Positions 14,328 through 28,911 of a stretch of 64,000 nucleotides of DNA are shown piece by piece. The first letter of the stretch is position 1. The number at the start of each line of letters is the position of its first letter. Source of the stretch: the human T2T-CHM13v2.0 reference genome, Homo sapiens; assembly GCF_009914755.1 (NCBI RefSeq), contig NC_060931.1, one strand, 5' to 3'. The notes below the pieces were generated by a model. The model did no database searches. It was not told where the DNA came from and was given only the letters and a program-made list of their open reading frames with translations. The translations under genes and the position numbers were made by a program.

Positions 14328-15629
14328 CTATATATATGGGATGTGAAGAAGCAGGTCACACGTACTTTTTTGAAAAGTATGGCAGAGAAGGGATGTTGCA
14401 TAGGTACTAGGTTGGTAGGTAGTCAGAAGATGTTTACAGGTTTGGGAGAGCGTTTGTTTGTTTGTGTTTTTCCTTGAGTGGAAAGTGAGCAGCCAGTAGA
14501 GAGGGAGAGATTGATGGTACAGGCGAAGGTGGAAGTAAATGTTAGAAGAAGGCGATAAAGAAATAGGAAGAAATAAGATATAGACTATTGTGGGAAAATT
14601 AACCTTGAACACAGGAAGGACCCCTATTCCTGTAAGGATGAGGAAATGATAAACATAAGTTGTGATAAATTAAGTACACGTACATTAAAATCACGTACAT
14701 CAGTGAATTGTAATTTAAGAAATAAGAAGGATGAGGTCAGGAAAAGAAGCTCAGAAAGATATCAGTTAATTTATGAATAAAGTATAGATTAAGAGGTGAA
14801 TACTATGATTGACCATGGCAAGATTTCATGCTGATTTAATCTCTGAACTATTATGCTGTATTTTTAGTCTGTTTTTCTAGGCTGAAATATTTAAATAAAA
14901 AATGAGAGACAATTTGAAGGCGCCTCATTGCATTTAAATGCCAACTATTATTTCTTTTACTTAGCTTTGCAATGTAATGCTACATTTCCATGGACACGGA
15001 TTAAGTTTCTACGAGATGATCAGAAATGGGATATAATTTGAGGTTGACTAAACTACATTCATTGCATGCATGGATAGTTTGAACACAAGGTAAAATGTTA
15101 TCCAGACTGCTGAAGAAAACAAGTCTTATTTTGGAACATGACTTTCTTCAGCATTATAATTTATGACTTTTTCACTTGGATTCTTGCTTTTAACACACTC
15201 TTATTTGTATATGTATGCTTCAATTAAAGAAATGCATAACATTTTGCTTACACTGTCTTAGTTCTATTAGTTTTCCTGTATTAAAATTTGCAGTCCTTAT
15301 ATTTCTCTCAGTTGAAACATAGTAAGATACAGAGCTTTTTTTTATATTTGCATGGTAGTTTGACATTTCAAATCTTTTCAGATCTATTTTCTGAAATATT
15401 AATTATCCTAAATATTCATAGAGATTGGTATTGATGATGCTAAATATGGCTGTTGATATTGAATATACATATGTAATCTGCCCTTAGTGTGCCATTGTAG
15501 CTATCACTTTGAGCCTAACACTGTAGTTACATTCCCCCTCACCTTGCAGTCTAACAGCACCTCAGACATCTGGCTGAGGACCTCAAGACTTTGGAAAAAT
15601 AACTCTGCATGTATGTTTTCAGAGTTATA

Positions 15630-15962
15630 ACACTGTTGTAGCCCACTCAGACAGCTGGTCCTTGTGTTTGTTGATTAATTTATGGTTGCAAGATGATACT
15701 GTGGTCTAAATATCATGTTCAAGGTAGAAAAAGAGGGAAGAATCAGCACAGCACTAGCCATGTGTGTGTCTGGTTTAATCAAGGAAGCAAACGCATTAGA
15801 GAGACATCCTTAGCGGAATTCTTCTTAGACCTCATTGGCCACTCTTGGCTACAATAGAGTTTGGGAATGTGAATATTTAGCTTTCCCACATCTATATTGG
15901 GAGACAGCAAAGGAGAAATTGGTAGAGAATGACTGTTGTTAGCCAATTAGTAGTGTTTGCCA
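15630..15962 (-). mobile_element. Old MLT1 (J/K-like) LTR fragment
   Basis: cctcattggccactcttggctacaa…tgggaatgtgaatatttagc motif. Confidence 0.5.
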
Positions 15963-16545
15963 AAGGGGATGATCTCAAGTCCTGTCTAGCTCCAACCTTT
16001 GCATTTTTACTATCAGTTGAATGCTATTTCACCTGGAAGGCTACCTTTTTAGTCCTTACCTGCAGGCCTGGGACAAACTTTGTTGACCTCCATCTAGACT
16101 ATTTTTAATTAATAAGTGAAGACCTGACACAATTCCTTCTGGCGGAGAGGATCCATTCTTCAATGTCAATCTAGATGGAGCAGTCCAGGAAGTAACCCCA
16201 GACTTGAAAGGGAACCAATATTAATGACATCTCATTCTCAAGCATGGCTGCTGGGAAGGCTTCTGTAAAAAAGATAAGCAAAGAGGAAAGTGATCTGAGA
16301 ATCTGCCTGATAATACTTTTTATATCTGAACGATTTAAACAAATATAGCTGCATACATTGCTGGGTGGTTTTCCGTTTTGTGTGGGACTATATATTCAGA
16401 CTTCTTGTTTGAAATATGTTAGCCTCTTCGCAGCTAAAAAATATTAGAAACGAGTGAAATTTAAGGCAACCATTTGTTCATACACTCCCAGGGAGCATAG
16501 AGTATAGATTAGAAGTGTATAAGTATATTTCTAAAAAATTCATAT

Positions 16546-16923
<378 letters not shown>

Positions 16924-17099
16924 TTAGATTTGTGAGAATATTTTTAGATGACAAAAAAATTGGTTGCACAAGTGCATGAAAAGCCAATGATTATGTTATT
17001 TGCAAAATTACATTCCACCATGAAAATACAATGAGATATAAGTTTTTCTGAAAATGTAGTAGATTCCAGTATTGGGTTAAGTCATTTACATTTTATATT

Positions 17100-17490
17100 A
17101 TTTTATATCCTTGAGGGAGTTACTATTATTTTCTCCTTTTGAGGAATTTGATGTTCAAATCGGTTATTTGACCAGTGTTTCAGTGCCAGTAACTCATAGC
17201 AGCTATACTGTGAAACCAGGCAGTTTGCCATACCTGCCAGCTGTGGACCTGTGCTCCTAGTAATAATAACAATTAGGCATTATGCCAAAGATTTTATAGT
17301 CACTTAATCTATTATTCATTAAAATCCTAGAAGCTGATACTACTATCATCATCCCTGTTTTAAAGCTGAGAATAAATAGTATTAGAGAGATTCAGTAGCT
17401 GTGTCAATTTTTTGCAGCTTCCAGGGCTAACCTGTGGCTTCAAACTCAGGTATCTGACACCATGTGGACCCTAACCACTTCACTACATTG
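17100..17490. mobile_element. MIR fragments
   Basis: tattattttctccttttgaggaa and atcatccctgttttaaagctgag…ttcaaactcaggtatctgac. Confidence 0.55.
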
Positions 17491-18622
17491 ATACTTAGTT
17501 ACACGTTGAATTGTATCTCTATAGTTTTCTATAAAATGTAGTGTTTATTTCTATAGAGAAAAATTCATCCACGTTTTGAAATTCAAGAAAAGCCTTCTCA
17601 TGTTTCTCAATGGTTTCATGCTGAGATAATTTTCCTGTGTTAGATCAAATTTGCTAGCAATTTTCCTGGTGTATGTTAATGAAAATTTGATATGCATTGC
17701 TTTGTTTCTTGCATATATAACCATAATTTAGATTAGTTCATTTTTTAGGTAATTGAATTTTTGAGAATAAGAAATAAATTTATATTAGAAAAATTCCAGA
17801 ATGAGAAATTGGACACAAATTCTAGCAATTGTGAAAATTATGCCTGCTTGGAAAAGTTACATTTTATGTTACTTGCTAAAATTTTTTGAAAAGGATAAAG
17901 TGATCAATTTATCTGTCAACTATCACTTTGATTAAATGATATTAATCAAAAGTACTGTGTATTCACTTATACTGTGAATTATGATTGGGAAAAATGTGAT
18001 TGATATTCAGTGTTTAAAAATAACCTACCTCTTTATAGAAACAGCTATATGAAATTATAGTTCATTCTAGATCAATAGTGCTTTGGTTTTGGTTAACATA
18101 TGTATCACATAAAATATATATGTTTTGGTTAACATACGTATCAAATAACATATGTATCAAATAAAATAATAAAAATTTATTTTTTTATTAACGAATAATA
18201 GAGTTGATTTAATAAATCAACTCTATTATTCTAGGCAGATTTCATAGCCTAACTCCCCTTCACCAAATTCAGTGCTGTATTTCATAGTGATTGACTCAGA
18301 GGAGAAAGATCTGTGACTTCTATCTTGCTGCATGACCTTGGGGAAAATTGGCTTAAATGTATGAAAGGATATTTCAGGCATTGACTCAGACTAAATAAAT
18401 GTGCTAAATTTGATACAGTGAGTGGGAAATTTTTCTCACCACATGGAACCACTAATGAGCTTGGGAAGTAAACATAGTTAAGTAGGCATAGTTGCCTTTT
18501 TGTTACAATCATTCTGAATTGGTCCATTAGCCTGAATAACATTTCAATGAACTTCACATTTGTAGCTTTAGGATTGACCAAACCAAACCGCAACATTATA
18601 AACTATTTCCAGGTGAGAGGGT

Positions 18623-19345
<723 letters not shown>

Positions 19346-21645
19346 ACGGCAGCCCTAGGAAAGGAATTCAGAAGTTGAGAATGGAGAGACAATGGAGAGA
19401 ATGAAGAGTCAGCAGCAGTGGTAGTGCTCCCTGGATTGACTCTTTCTCCTGTAGTTCCACATCTTTCCTCCTCTCTTATGTTATTATCATACACATTAGA
19501 CAACTGGGCTCTGTTTCCTCCCCCTTCATCACTTACAGATCTCTCTGAGTCTCATTTGCCTTGTCAGTGTGATGAGGATCTTAAACTCCTCTGAGTAATA
19601 ATAACAACCAACATTTATGGGAGTTTAACCCCATAGTAAAGCCAGGGCTCAGGGTTAACATGCATTCTTTCATTTACTCCTCACCAGAATCCATGAGGAT
19701 TATATTGTTATTATCCCTACTTCACAAATGAGCCAAGTAATCACATTTCTCTATGACATCTTGCTTTCTCTTGCCTTGTTCCTTCAGAGACTTGAACATG
19801 AGAGTCAGAACTGGAATATTGTCAGTCCTTATGGTTCCTTGATGGGAAATATAGCAGATCCCTAACTTTACTTAATCTGGGTAGAATGGGGGTGAAGGCC
19901 ATTGGAAAGGAATGTTACATCAACATGTTGTGTTTGTCTTGGCCATGTCACAGTTTCTTCATGTATAGAACATAGAAATTTTTTATAAAAATTCTTTCTT
20001 CATTATATTTCCCCTATTTTATTGGGGAAAATAATTTTAATATAACTCCCTTATTTTCTAGCTTGCTTGACAATTTCACTGTCTGAGCTACTTAGGATAT
20101 AACAGAGGAATTTAATGATATAGTTGCTATTATTGACATTCACCATGTGCTAGGAACAGCATTATGTACAGCAGACTATCAGATGGGTGATATTATTACT
20201 CCACACCCTACAGTCCAGGGCTTAAGAAAGTAACATGGTCCAAATTACTAGCCTTCAAATCCTTGTCTATTTTGTATCCAGAGCCTATTTTTGTATATTC
20301 TTTTTAGGGAAAGCCATTACTACAGTGACATGGATTAATTTATCAGATTAATGCTGAACTTGGAAGCTGGACATCTGGGCTTTAAGAGAATATTGGCCAA
20401 GAAAGGGTAGTATGGGAAATCGGAAAACACCTGAAAAGTGGCATGCTGAATGCAGGTAGCTTAGATTTAAGACGGCATGAGTACCCCATTTTTGTCAGCA
20501 TGGGGATATCAGAGTTGAACCTGGCTTCTTTCAGAATATTTTATCTGAAGCTCTTCTAGAGTTAGACTAATTTCCTTAATTACCATAATTAGGGCCAAGC
20601 AAAAATTGGATGTTTCCTGTTTCACTTTTTGGTTGCTTATTTTCTCTGAGTCAAGAACATGATAACAAACTTTACACTCTATTTCTAACATGGACCTTTT
20701 AGTAAATGGTAGGTTACTATAACAGAAAAGATGCTATATCTGAAATCAAAGTGCACCAGTCCATTGCATGCTCCATGCTATTTCCTTGCAAGTCTAGATA
20801 CTGTCACATGCCTGTAATACTAAATAGTCTTAGAAAATACAGCAAGCAGCAGTGTTGGAATAGGTCTTAGAGGCAAAACTGATCTGACCAAGCAATGTAT
20901 GTTGGTTAAGTGAAATATGAAAGGCAGTCTGTTCTATCTCAGCTGAGGACATTTGCCATAGAAAATGTTTGTTATGGCACAGTAGAGAGACCGAAGCTAC
21001 CAGTTTCTTACCACCAAACTTGTCTTGGTTGAATTTGTCTCCTGTCTTCTAAACTCTAGAGAACTGTCGGTCTTCTGAAGAACTGTTCAGCGTAGTGAAG
21101 GAAACAGGAAGAGAGATTGAGGAGCTTAGCCAGTTGATCAGAGGGATTTAATGGGAAAACACACTTGGATAGTGAATAGACACTGGAAAATCTGACTGTC
21201 TAATTTGGATTTTCCCAATATACCTGTCATGGTAAAGTGAAATATCTGTTGGACTGAAAGTAAGTGTGTCAGTTATTTTGGTCACAGCTCTGCTACAAAT
21301 TGACATTATGACTGGGAAGTGGTGGTTTGTGCCCATAACTTTCTCCGTGAGTCAAAGCTGTGGGATTTTACATCCTTTCAACTTCTCTCAAAATTCTTTT
21401 CTACTTAAAAGACCATAGGTGTCATATTGAGAATTCATTTCATCAAGTATTGATCAATCCTTGGGGTGTTTGCCATGATCTTGTCATGCTTTCCATCTTT
21501 GCCACCAAAGAATGTTTTTGGGGGTAATGTATGGGAAGTTTGAAATGTGAATTATATCACAGTTTGTATCTGGAAATCAGTGTCTAATAGATAATGATGA
21601 TAGTGACTACTGTCTAGTAAACATTTACTACTGGGTAGAAAAGTC

Positions 21646-21852
21646 ACCAGATTCTCCACAGGAGAAGATTTTGCTCCCTTGGGACGTTTGGCAATGTCTG
21701 GAGACATCACAACAGAAGGGAGGAGTGCTACTGGCATCTAGTGGGCAGAGGCCAGGGGTGCTGCTCAATATCTTACATTGCACAGGACAGCCCCCCACAA
21801 CAAAGAATTATGTGGTCCACAAGGCCAGTAGTAGTAAGGTTGAGAAATCCTG
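21646..21852. mobile_element. MER20 (hAT-Charlie)
   Basis: tttggcaatgtctggagacat…tgctactggcatctagtgggcagaggccaggg…ttgagaaatcctg. Confidence 0.9.
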
Positions 21853-24067
21853 CTTTACAGCTTGTTTAATAAATATGCATGCTGATCATAGAGGATGTTA
21901 TGCTCATCTTGTAGCTGAGGTTCAAAAGGGTTAAGTAAATTCTTCAATGTCAAGCCATTCATTAGAGACGGAGCCAGCATTCCATTCCAGTCTGTAAAGC
22001 CAATTGAGGGATGGTCCCCAAACACAAACCTTTTCTATTTTGCTGCTTTGGGAAGTTTTCTTCATCCTCGTTTCTTCATTTTTAAGATAAGAAGATCTGT
22101 CCTTTACCAGAAGTTTGTAGTAGTATATTTGGGTGGGGGTAGGCAGCGGGGAGAAAAGACAGGGGGTTTGGAGATTTTCAAAAAGTTGAGGTATTATGCT
22201 TAAATGTAATATTTTTGGCAAAAATCTGTAGTCATAAGCAGTGTGGGTGAAATACAAAGTGTATATTTAGACTTTAGTGTTGCTCATACATATGCATTGT
22301 TTTTAGATTAAGAATGAGAGCTTTTAGTTTTTGCTTCTCTTTGTATCTTTCAAAAGCAATTTGATTTGCTCTTCTCTTGGGCATGATGGTGATTTGTAGA
22401 GCTTGCTGGTTGTTGAGAAATCGAAGACTCTTTGTGGGTTCTTAAGGATGAGAGTTTACTTCCACACTGGCAGTAAGGTAGATGTTGGGTTTTGGACTTA
22501 GAGCATAACAGAAGACATAGAGATGAGAGAATGGCCAAATTGCATTTTAGAGAAAGAAGTGCGGAGAACCCCATGAGAAAACTGTGTTTTACTTACATCT
22601 CTGGTCACTGATAAATCTCAATTTTGGGACAAATCCTGACAGATAAGGAAGGTTATTGGAATGTAAGAGGTAAGAAAAAGTTAATTTAAATTATTTTATT
22701 TGAAAACTTACATTTTATGAGTGGGAAGTGTGGTTTAAGGTAATTGGCAAGACTCCCTCCTCTAGAATATTAAATTTTTGTCAAAACTGCCTTTTGAATA
22801 GAGTATTTTGGGACTTGCACATTGAAAAATATAGGCAGTTGCCTTGTGTAGGGCTATACTTGCCCGTAGAGTTTTACACTTCCACAGGGTGTCGGGTTTT
22901 GTTCTGGAGACTTGTGGCAGCAGCTTTAGCTGCTTTGTGTGATAATCAGCACACAGAGCAAAGGCACCTCAGTAATTTACTGGGTGTTCATTCTGTCAAT
23001 TGGTAGGTTTAATAAAGAGAGAAAGGACAGGACATGTAGCTAATACAGCCAAGGTAAGGTGAGCACCATAAGAATATGCAAAAAAAAAAAAAAACCATTG
23101 AAATTATCTATAAAGGAGTTGAAAAAACAGCTTTTAATCAACATTCAATAATTGAACCTTTTAAGGGAGCAGTACACAGAGATGTGCTCAGTGTGGCAGT
23201 CAAGTTAACCGAAAGAATGAATTCCAGCTTTTCAACGTGAATTTCAAAGCATCAGGAACACTGAGGCCTAAACCTTACTGTCTTATACTAACAAGAGTCT
23301 TACTGTTTTATAGTAACTACATTCTTTTTACAGGCATTACTAATGATTGCAATTTATTTTTAGATAAAAAAGGTTATTATTGAGAGTAGGATTAGACACT
23401 CTGAAACTCTTAACAGTTTACAAAGAAGAGATGAAGAGATCTTGAGGAAAAGATGAACTTTTCTATGTCATATCCAACCTTGATTTGAATCGGAATTATT
23501 ATTTTGTGTTTCTTTTTCAACCTTTTATGAAGTGAAGGCATTCTTGTATTTCTTCAACATGCCAGTTCCCCAGAAACCAACTTCAAGATCCATGGTATCA
23601 GCAGAATTTAAGTACAAGTAACAGTAATTATAGTATTGAAAAGCCCCCATAGCATTCAATCATAATATTTTATTTAAGGTTGGGAGAGCTTAAGTTAATT
23701 CATTTTCACAAGCAGTTGAAAGATTGTGGTGGAATTGACTTTCTTTAGAGACCATATGCATATTTACCAGTTGAATAAACTCTGGTTGTCAGTTATGTGT
23801 GTAGGTTGGTGAGAATATGGATATGTTATATGAGGGCAGTATTCTTGTAGCGGGAGAAGAAGATGTAAAGTAATGGAACTGACAGTGAGTGCCTACTGGG
23901 TTTCAGACACAGCGCTGGGAAATGCTTTGGTATGTAGTTGTCACAATGTCTCTGGGACCTAGATGATATTATTTTCATTTTATAGCTGAAGAAAAAAGCC
24001 AAAATAACTAGGAAGTATTTTTCCTACTATATCCTTATCTGAGTCAAGAAATGGATATTTTTTTTGA

Positions 24068-24446
<379 letters not shown>

Positions 24447-25269
24447 TGGATCTATCATTAAATACAAAGATTTCTGCTAGGGTTTTTTTCTTTATTTGAG
24501 GGCAAATAATTCATATACTTATTCAAATTACTGCTTTAAATATTTCCCAATGGCCCTAAAGAGACATTGGTTGCAGTGACAGGTTTTGGCACAATGGGTG
24601 GTTATTTCCTAATAAATAGCCCAATACCTATTTAATTTGTAAAGTAATTCCTTCCTCCAACAGAAAATTACTTTAAAATGGAAGCTGGTAGGCTATCTTA
24701 GTTCTAATTTTGCATTGCAAGTTGGTACTGCAAGAGGTCACAACCCCCTTTTATTCAGAGCTATTTTATCTAAAATGGTAAAGGAACATTTATCAGTTTA
24801 AAAGCCAGAACTCCAAATGTGATTTTTGCAGCTGATAACTCAGTTTCATGCCTAAGTATTTTAATTATAAACAAATATGTAACCCCCCGATTTAAAACAG
24901 GTGGCATTCAAAAGTTCATTTGGAACAGAGTCGTATGAAATTTGAAACATTTTTCCATAGAAACAATGTTAGGTTTCCAGGCCAACCCACAAAAGCCTAT
25001 TTAAACCATATCGTACAATTTCTGCTCTAAAATCATCACGGGGCCCACACAACATATATAATAATATTTCTATTGGGAAAATGCATTTGGAGTTTAGCTT
25101 GGAATAGACTAGAATTTCACTGGAGTAGAACTGGGCATTTTAAAGTCCTCCTGCCATTTTGGCAATGAGGATCAGCATTTTTTCCCTAAGATGTATCTTT
25201 GGTTCCCATGACCTGGGGTGAAGCAGTATGAAGGCTAGGGCAGGCAACAGGGTGTCTTCCAAGGGTGAA

Positions 25270-25790
25270 TTCATGATTCAACATGCTTTTGGCTACAAGC
25301 AAGAGACTATTGAACTTGAATACTAGAGTTAATTCTCTCACATAATAAGTCTAAAACAGGCAGTTTAAGCAGTGGTTAATTTAACATCTCATTTAAGTCA
25401 GGGTTCTATAAACCTTTATAACCTTATAGTTGGAAGATGTCCACCAAATATGTAAGAATCTTGTCTGTACATAACAACCTCCTAAAGGAGAAAGAATGAG
25501 GGGTGCTATCTTAATCTTACTAAATAGGAAACTATTTCCCAGAAGCCCCACCTCCAGCAGGTTTCCCTTTGCATACCATTGGCCAGAACCCTGACTCACA
25601 GCCTGCCCCAAACTAAACACTGGCCACCAAGAATCAGATTGTTAGAAGTGGCTTAGAGTCTAAGTTCTAGTTGAAGTATAGTTCACCTTCGGGGGATAAG
25701 CAGGTGGCCACCTTCTGTCATCACTTTGCCGAGCTCATTTGGAGATCTGTAGACAAATAAGAAGGTGGAATATCTGTTGGGTGAATGTTA
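25270..25790 (-). mobile_element. Old MLT1 LTR
   Basis: tttcccagaagccccac…cattggccagaac…tggccaccaagaatcagatt…ggcttagag motif. Confidence 0.55.
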
Positions 25791-26937
25791 TCTATGTCTT
25801 TTACGGTCTGCTTCCATACAGCAATAGCCTAGGGCAAGGGCAAGGTCAGAAAAATTTTAGCTTTCCAAGTGGCTGTGTGATCTTGAAAAAGTCATGTGCT
25901 TTTCTTCTGCAGACTCCAGTTTCTATAAAACAAGGAGGTGGGATAGATTTGTTTATTCCTCAGTTTATTCATTCAACAAATGTTAATGAAGCACTTACTT
26001 TATTACAAGCAGTATTTTATGCATGGAGGTTACAATAGTGAACCTTCCAAAGTTCTTCCCAGATATCTTATGTTTTTACATGATTCCATGTGAGAAGCTG
26101 TGGTCCTGGTAAAGCTATGGGCGTTGGTGTAGGGATGGTGTGCACCCGTGAGGCCTTCTAATACCGTCAACTCTAGGGGGAGTTTTTGGACGTCATGGGT
26201 TCATTTCACTTTATTTATTTATGTATTTGTTTATTTATTTAAGAATCCAAGAGATTGATCTGGTTCCTTCCATTTGCCTTGCCCCCAGCTGCTGTTACTG
26301 ACAGGGTTTCTGCTTTCCATATTGCCCATTCTAGAGCAACACACAACCTCACTGCATTTTTCTTACACTTCTGCCTCTGATCCCAAAAGGAACAGATGAC
26401 TGATATTTTCTCAGTTTTTCTTTCTTTCTTTTTCTTTTTTTTTTTTTAACATTGTTAGCAACAGAGGAAATAGATGACAGTGGTTGTTGGGGGAAGCTTC
26501 TCTGCCCTTCACACTTTTTCATCCTAGCACTGTAGAGAAAGATAAAAGAACATTAAAGCAGAAAGAGTGTGTTCTTGAGTCTGTAATACTGAGGTATTAT
26601 CTTCTTATATTTTTGATAAATAGCCAGATTTGATGATGAGGAGGGAGAAGGGTGTGTTGGAGGAAGTTGACTGGTGGCTGAGAACAGCTGCAGCAGTCCT
26701 GGGGAATGAGGGTACCCCCCCATCTTTTACCCTTTGTCTCAGCCATATCAATTCCTGCCACCCGGGACACTGCCTAGGACAGGCTGCAGTGCAAGTGAAG
26801 ATCAAGGACTGGAGAGGGGAAGGGGCTGTGAAGGCAACATCAAAGGTTTTGGGGCTGTGAGGGGAGATGGCACAGAGATCCTCTGTTGAGACGCTGAGTT
26901 TCTAGGACTTTCCTGAATCTCTTTTTTCCAAGGGAAT

Positions 26938-26990
26938 GTATATATACACTAACACATATATATATGCGTGTGTGTGTGTGTGTGTGTGTG
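26938..26990. repeat. (TA)n/(GT)n microsatellite
   Basis: Direct observation. Confidence 0.9.
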
Positions 26991-27158
26991 TTAAATGGAG
27001 CAACAAGATGAGGACTGGCTCATGATATATATGATTTGTTTCTTAAGTGATGATAAAATAAATTCTGAAGTACTGTGGTGATTTTAATGACAACACTTTG
27101 GAAACCTTTTGGGACATGTAGACAGGGATTACAGTCTGTGTTATCTACTTATCTATCT

Positions 27159-27480
27159 CAGGGGTCGGCATACCATTCATATTTACTATCAGCAAGATAG
27201 TAAATATTTTAGGCTTTGTGGGCCATATGGTCTGTGTTACAACTACTCTGCCCTTGTAGCAGAAAAGCAGCCATGCACAATAGCTAAGCAAGTTGGCCGT
27301 GTTCCATTAACACTTTAGCTATGGACAACTTCCTTGTGTTTCCTTCAGTTTCATATAATTTTCATGTGTCATAAAATATTTTTCTGTTGAGTTTTTAAAA
27401 AACTATTTAAAAATGTGAAAACACTCTTACTTTGTAAGTGGTGCCGAAACAGGCCTACAGGCTGTAGTTTGTCAACCCTG
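27159..27480. mobile_element. MER58B (hAT-Charlie)
   Basis: caggggtcggca…gatagtaaatattttaggctttgtgggcca…tagtttgtcaaccctg; flanks atctatct/gtctatct. Confidence 0.85.
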
Positions 27481-28700
27481 AGTCTATCTGGCTATCATTT
27501 GTTTATTTGTTGGTCTATCTACCTGTATGTTTTCCTTCTTCCTTCTTTCATCTAGGAGAAGAAATCTGGTTCCATTAAATTTTGTATGAGAAATTCTTTC
27601 CTATTTATATAGTCAACTACTCTAAACACTTACAAAGGGGATAGAGAATAACTGATTTATTGGATTTCTGGTATTGATTCGCTTGTGTCCTGTGGTTGAA
27701 CTTGTACAAGCTTTATGTATTATTATTATTTTAAAATACTACATTTAGCATTCTTATAGCCAATTTAGAATAATTACTTTGTAAAAGATCCTTGAGGAAG
27801 TACATTACATCTAATAAAAAATTATCTTGGATCTTGTTAAGACTTGAAAACCCCAGGTGAATGATAGCGTTGGGTCAGTTTTTACATTCTGAATAGAGCA
27901 CGTGTTTTTTCTGAGTCAGACAGGCAAGACTTGGATAGCTGTATATTACTGTTTATGAGCCTTATCCTTTCCTGCAAATCAAGTGTTTATTCCACTCCTG
28001 AACTTAATTAGCAGCTAAGAGCTTTGTGCTTTGTATTTTAAGGAAGCATGTGATTTGTTCATTAGTTCAAAAGCAGATTAATTATTATATCTTTAGTCAC
28101 CATCTGTAAACACATCTATATTGGTGAGCTCTCTCCTGCTGAGTTACCTTGAAATGCCCTGTGGTGTTTTATTAGCTTCAATTCTGTGTTTATTACAGTT
28201 GGCTGGAGATTTTTCAATTTAGTTTATTGGCCACAGAAAGTCCAATCATTCTGTGGAAACTACCAATTTCTGAGAGTGAGGGGTTTACTAGTGCTGGCTG
28301 TCAATTTGCTCTAAACATTTTCCCCAAATCAAACTGTATTTCTGTTTGGATTAAAGATAGTAGTAGTTTGATTATAAGCTAAGATTTTAAGCACCCTATA
28401 TATTGTCCGCATTCAAGGAAGAGCAATTGGGATTAAAATTAGTAATCTGCATGAAAAAGTATCTTTCTAATCCAAGTTAGCTCCAGACAAAACTGTGAAG
28501 TACGTGAACGAAAGAGGATAAATGAATAGTTATTGATGCCTGGGCATTTTAATATTATCTAATTTTGGTTTTGCAGCAATGCTGTTAGGTTCCAAGTGAT
28601 TCTCAGAGAATTTAAAGAACTTGCATAAGATCATTGATAGAGCTGGGATATGAATCAATATTAGTGTGACTTGTGAGTTTGTGCTTCTCTTCACCAGTGT

Positions 28701-28911
28701 CTAGATTGTCAGAAAAAAATATAGGACACCTAGTAATATTTGAATTTTATATTATCAACAAATACTTTTTTAGCATAAGTATGTCCCAAATATTGTTGTC
28801 CTAAATATTGTGTGGGCCATACATATATTACCAAATTATTTGTTGCTTATCTGAAATTTATATTTAAGTGGGTGTCATGTTTTATTATTACTTGTGAAAT
28901 TTGGAAACCTT
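28701..28911. mobile_element. MER53 palindromic non-autonomous DNA transposon
   Basis: Matches the MER53 pattern (…aggacacctagtaatatttgaatt…aagtatgtcccaaatattg…ttatctgaaattt…ttggaaaccct); the two halves are inverted repeats. Confidence 0.88.
28755..28844 (-). ncRNA. MIR1302-6: miR-1302 family precursor hairpin (MER53-derived); mature sequence at 28769-28789 on the minus strand
   Basis: Reverse complement of 28769-28789 is TTGGGACATACTTATGCTAAA, identical to mature miR-1302 as recalled. It lies in a fold-back MER53, and MIR1302-6 is recalled as lying within HDAC9. Confidence 0.85.

Noticed and set aside
24880-25130. Possible ancient Tigger-like fragment
   Set aside because: Too degenerate to assign a family or boundaries by eye.
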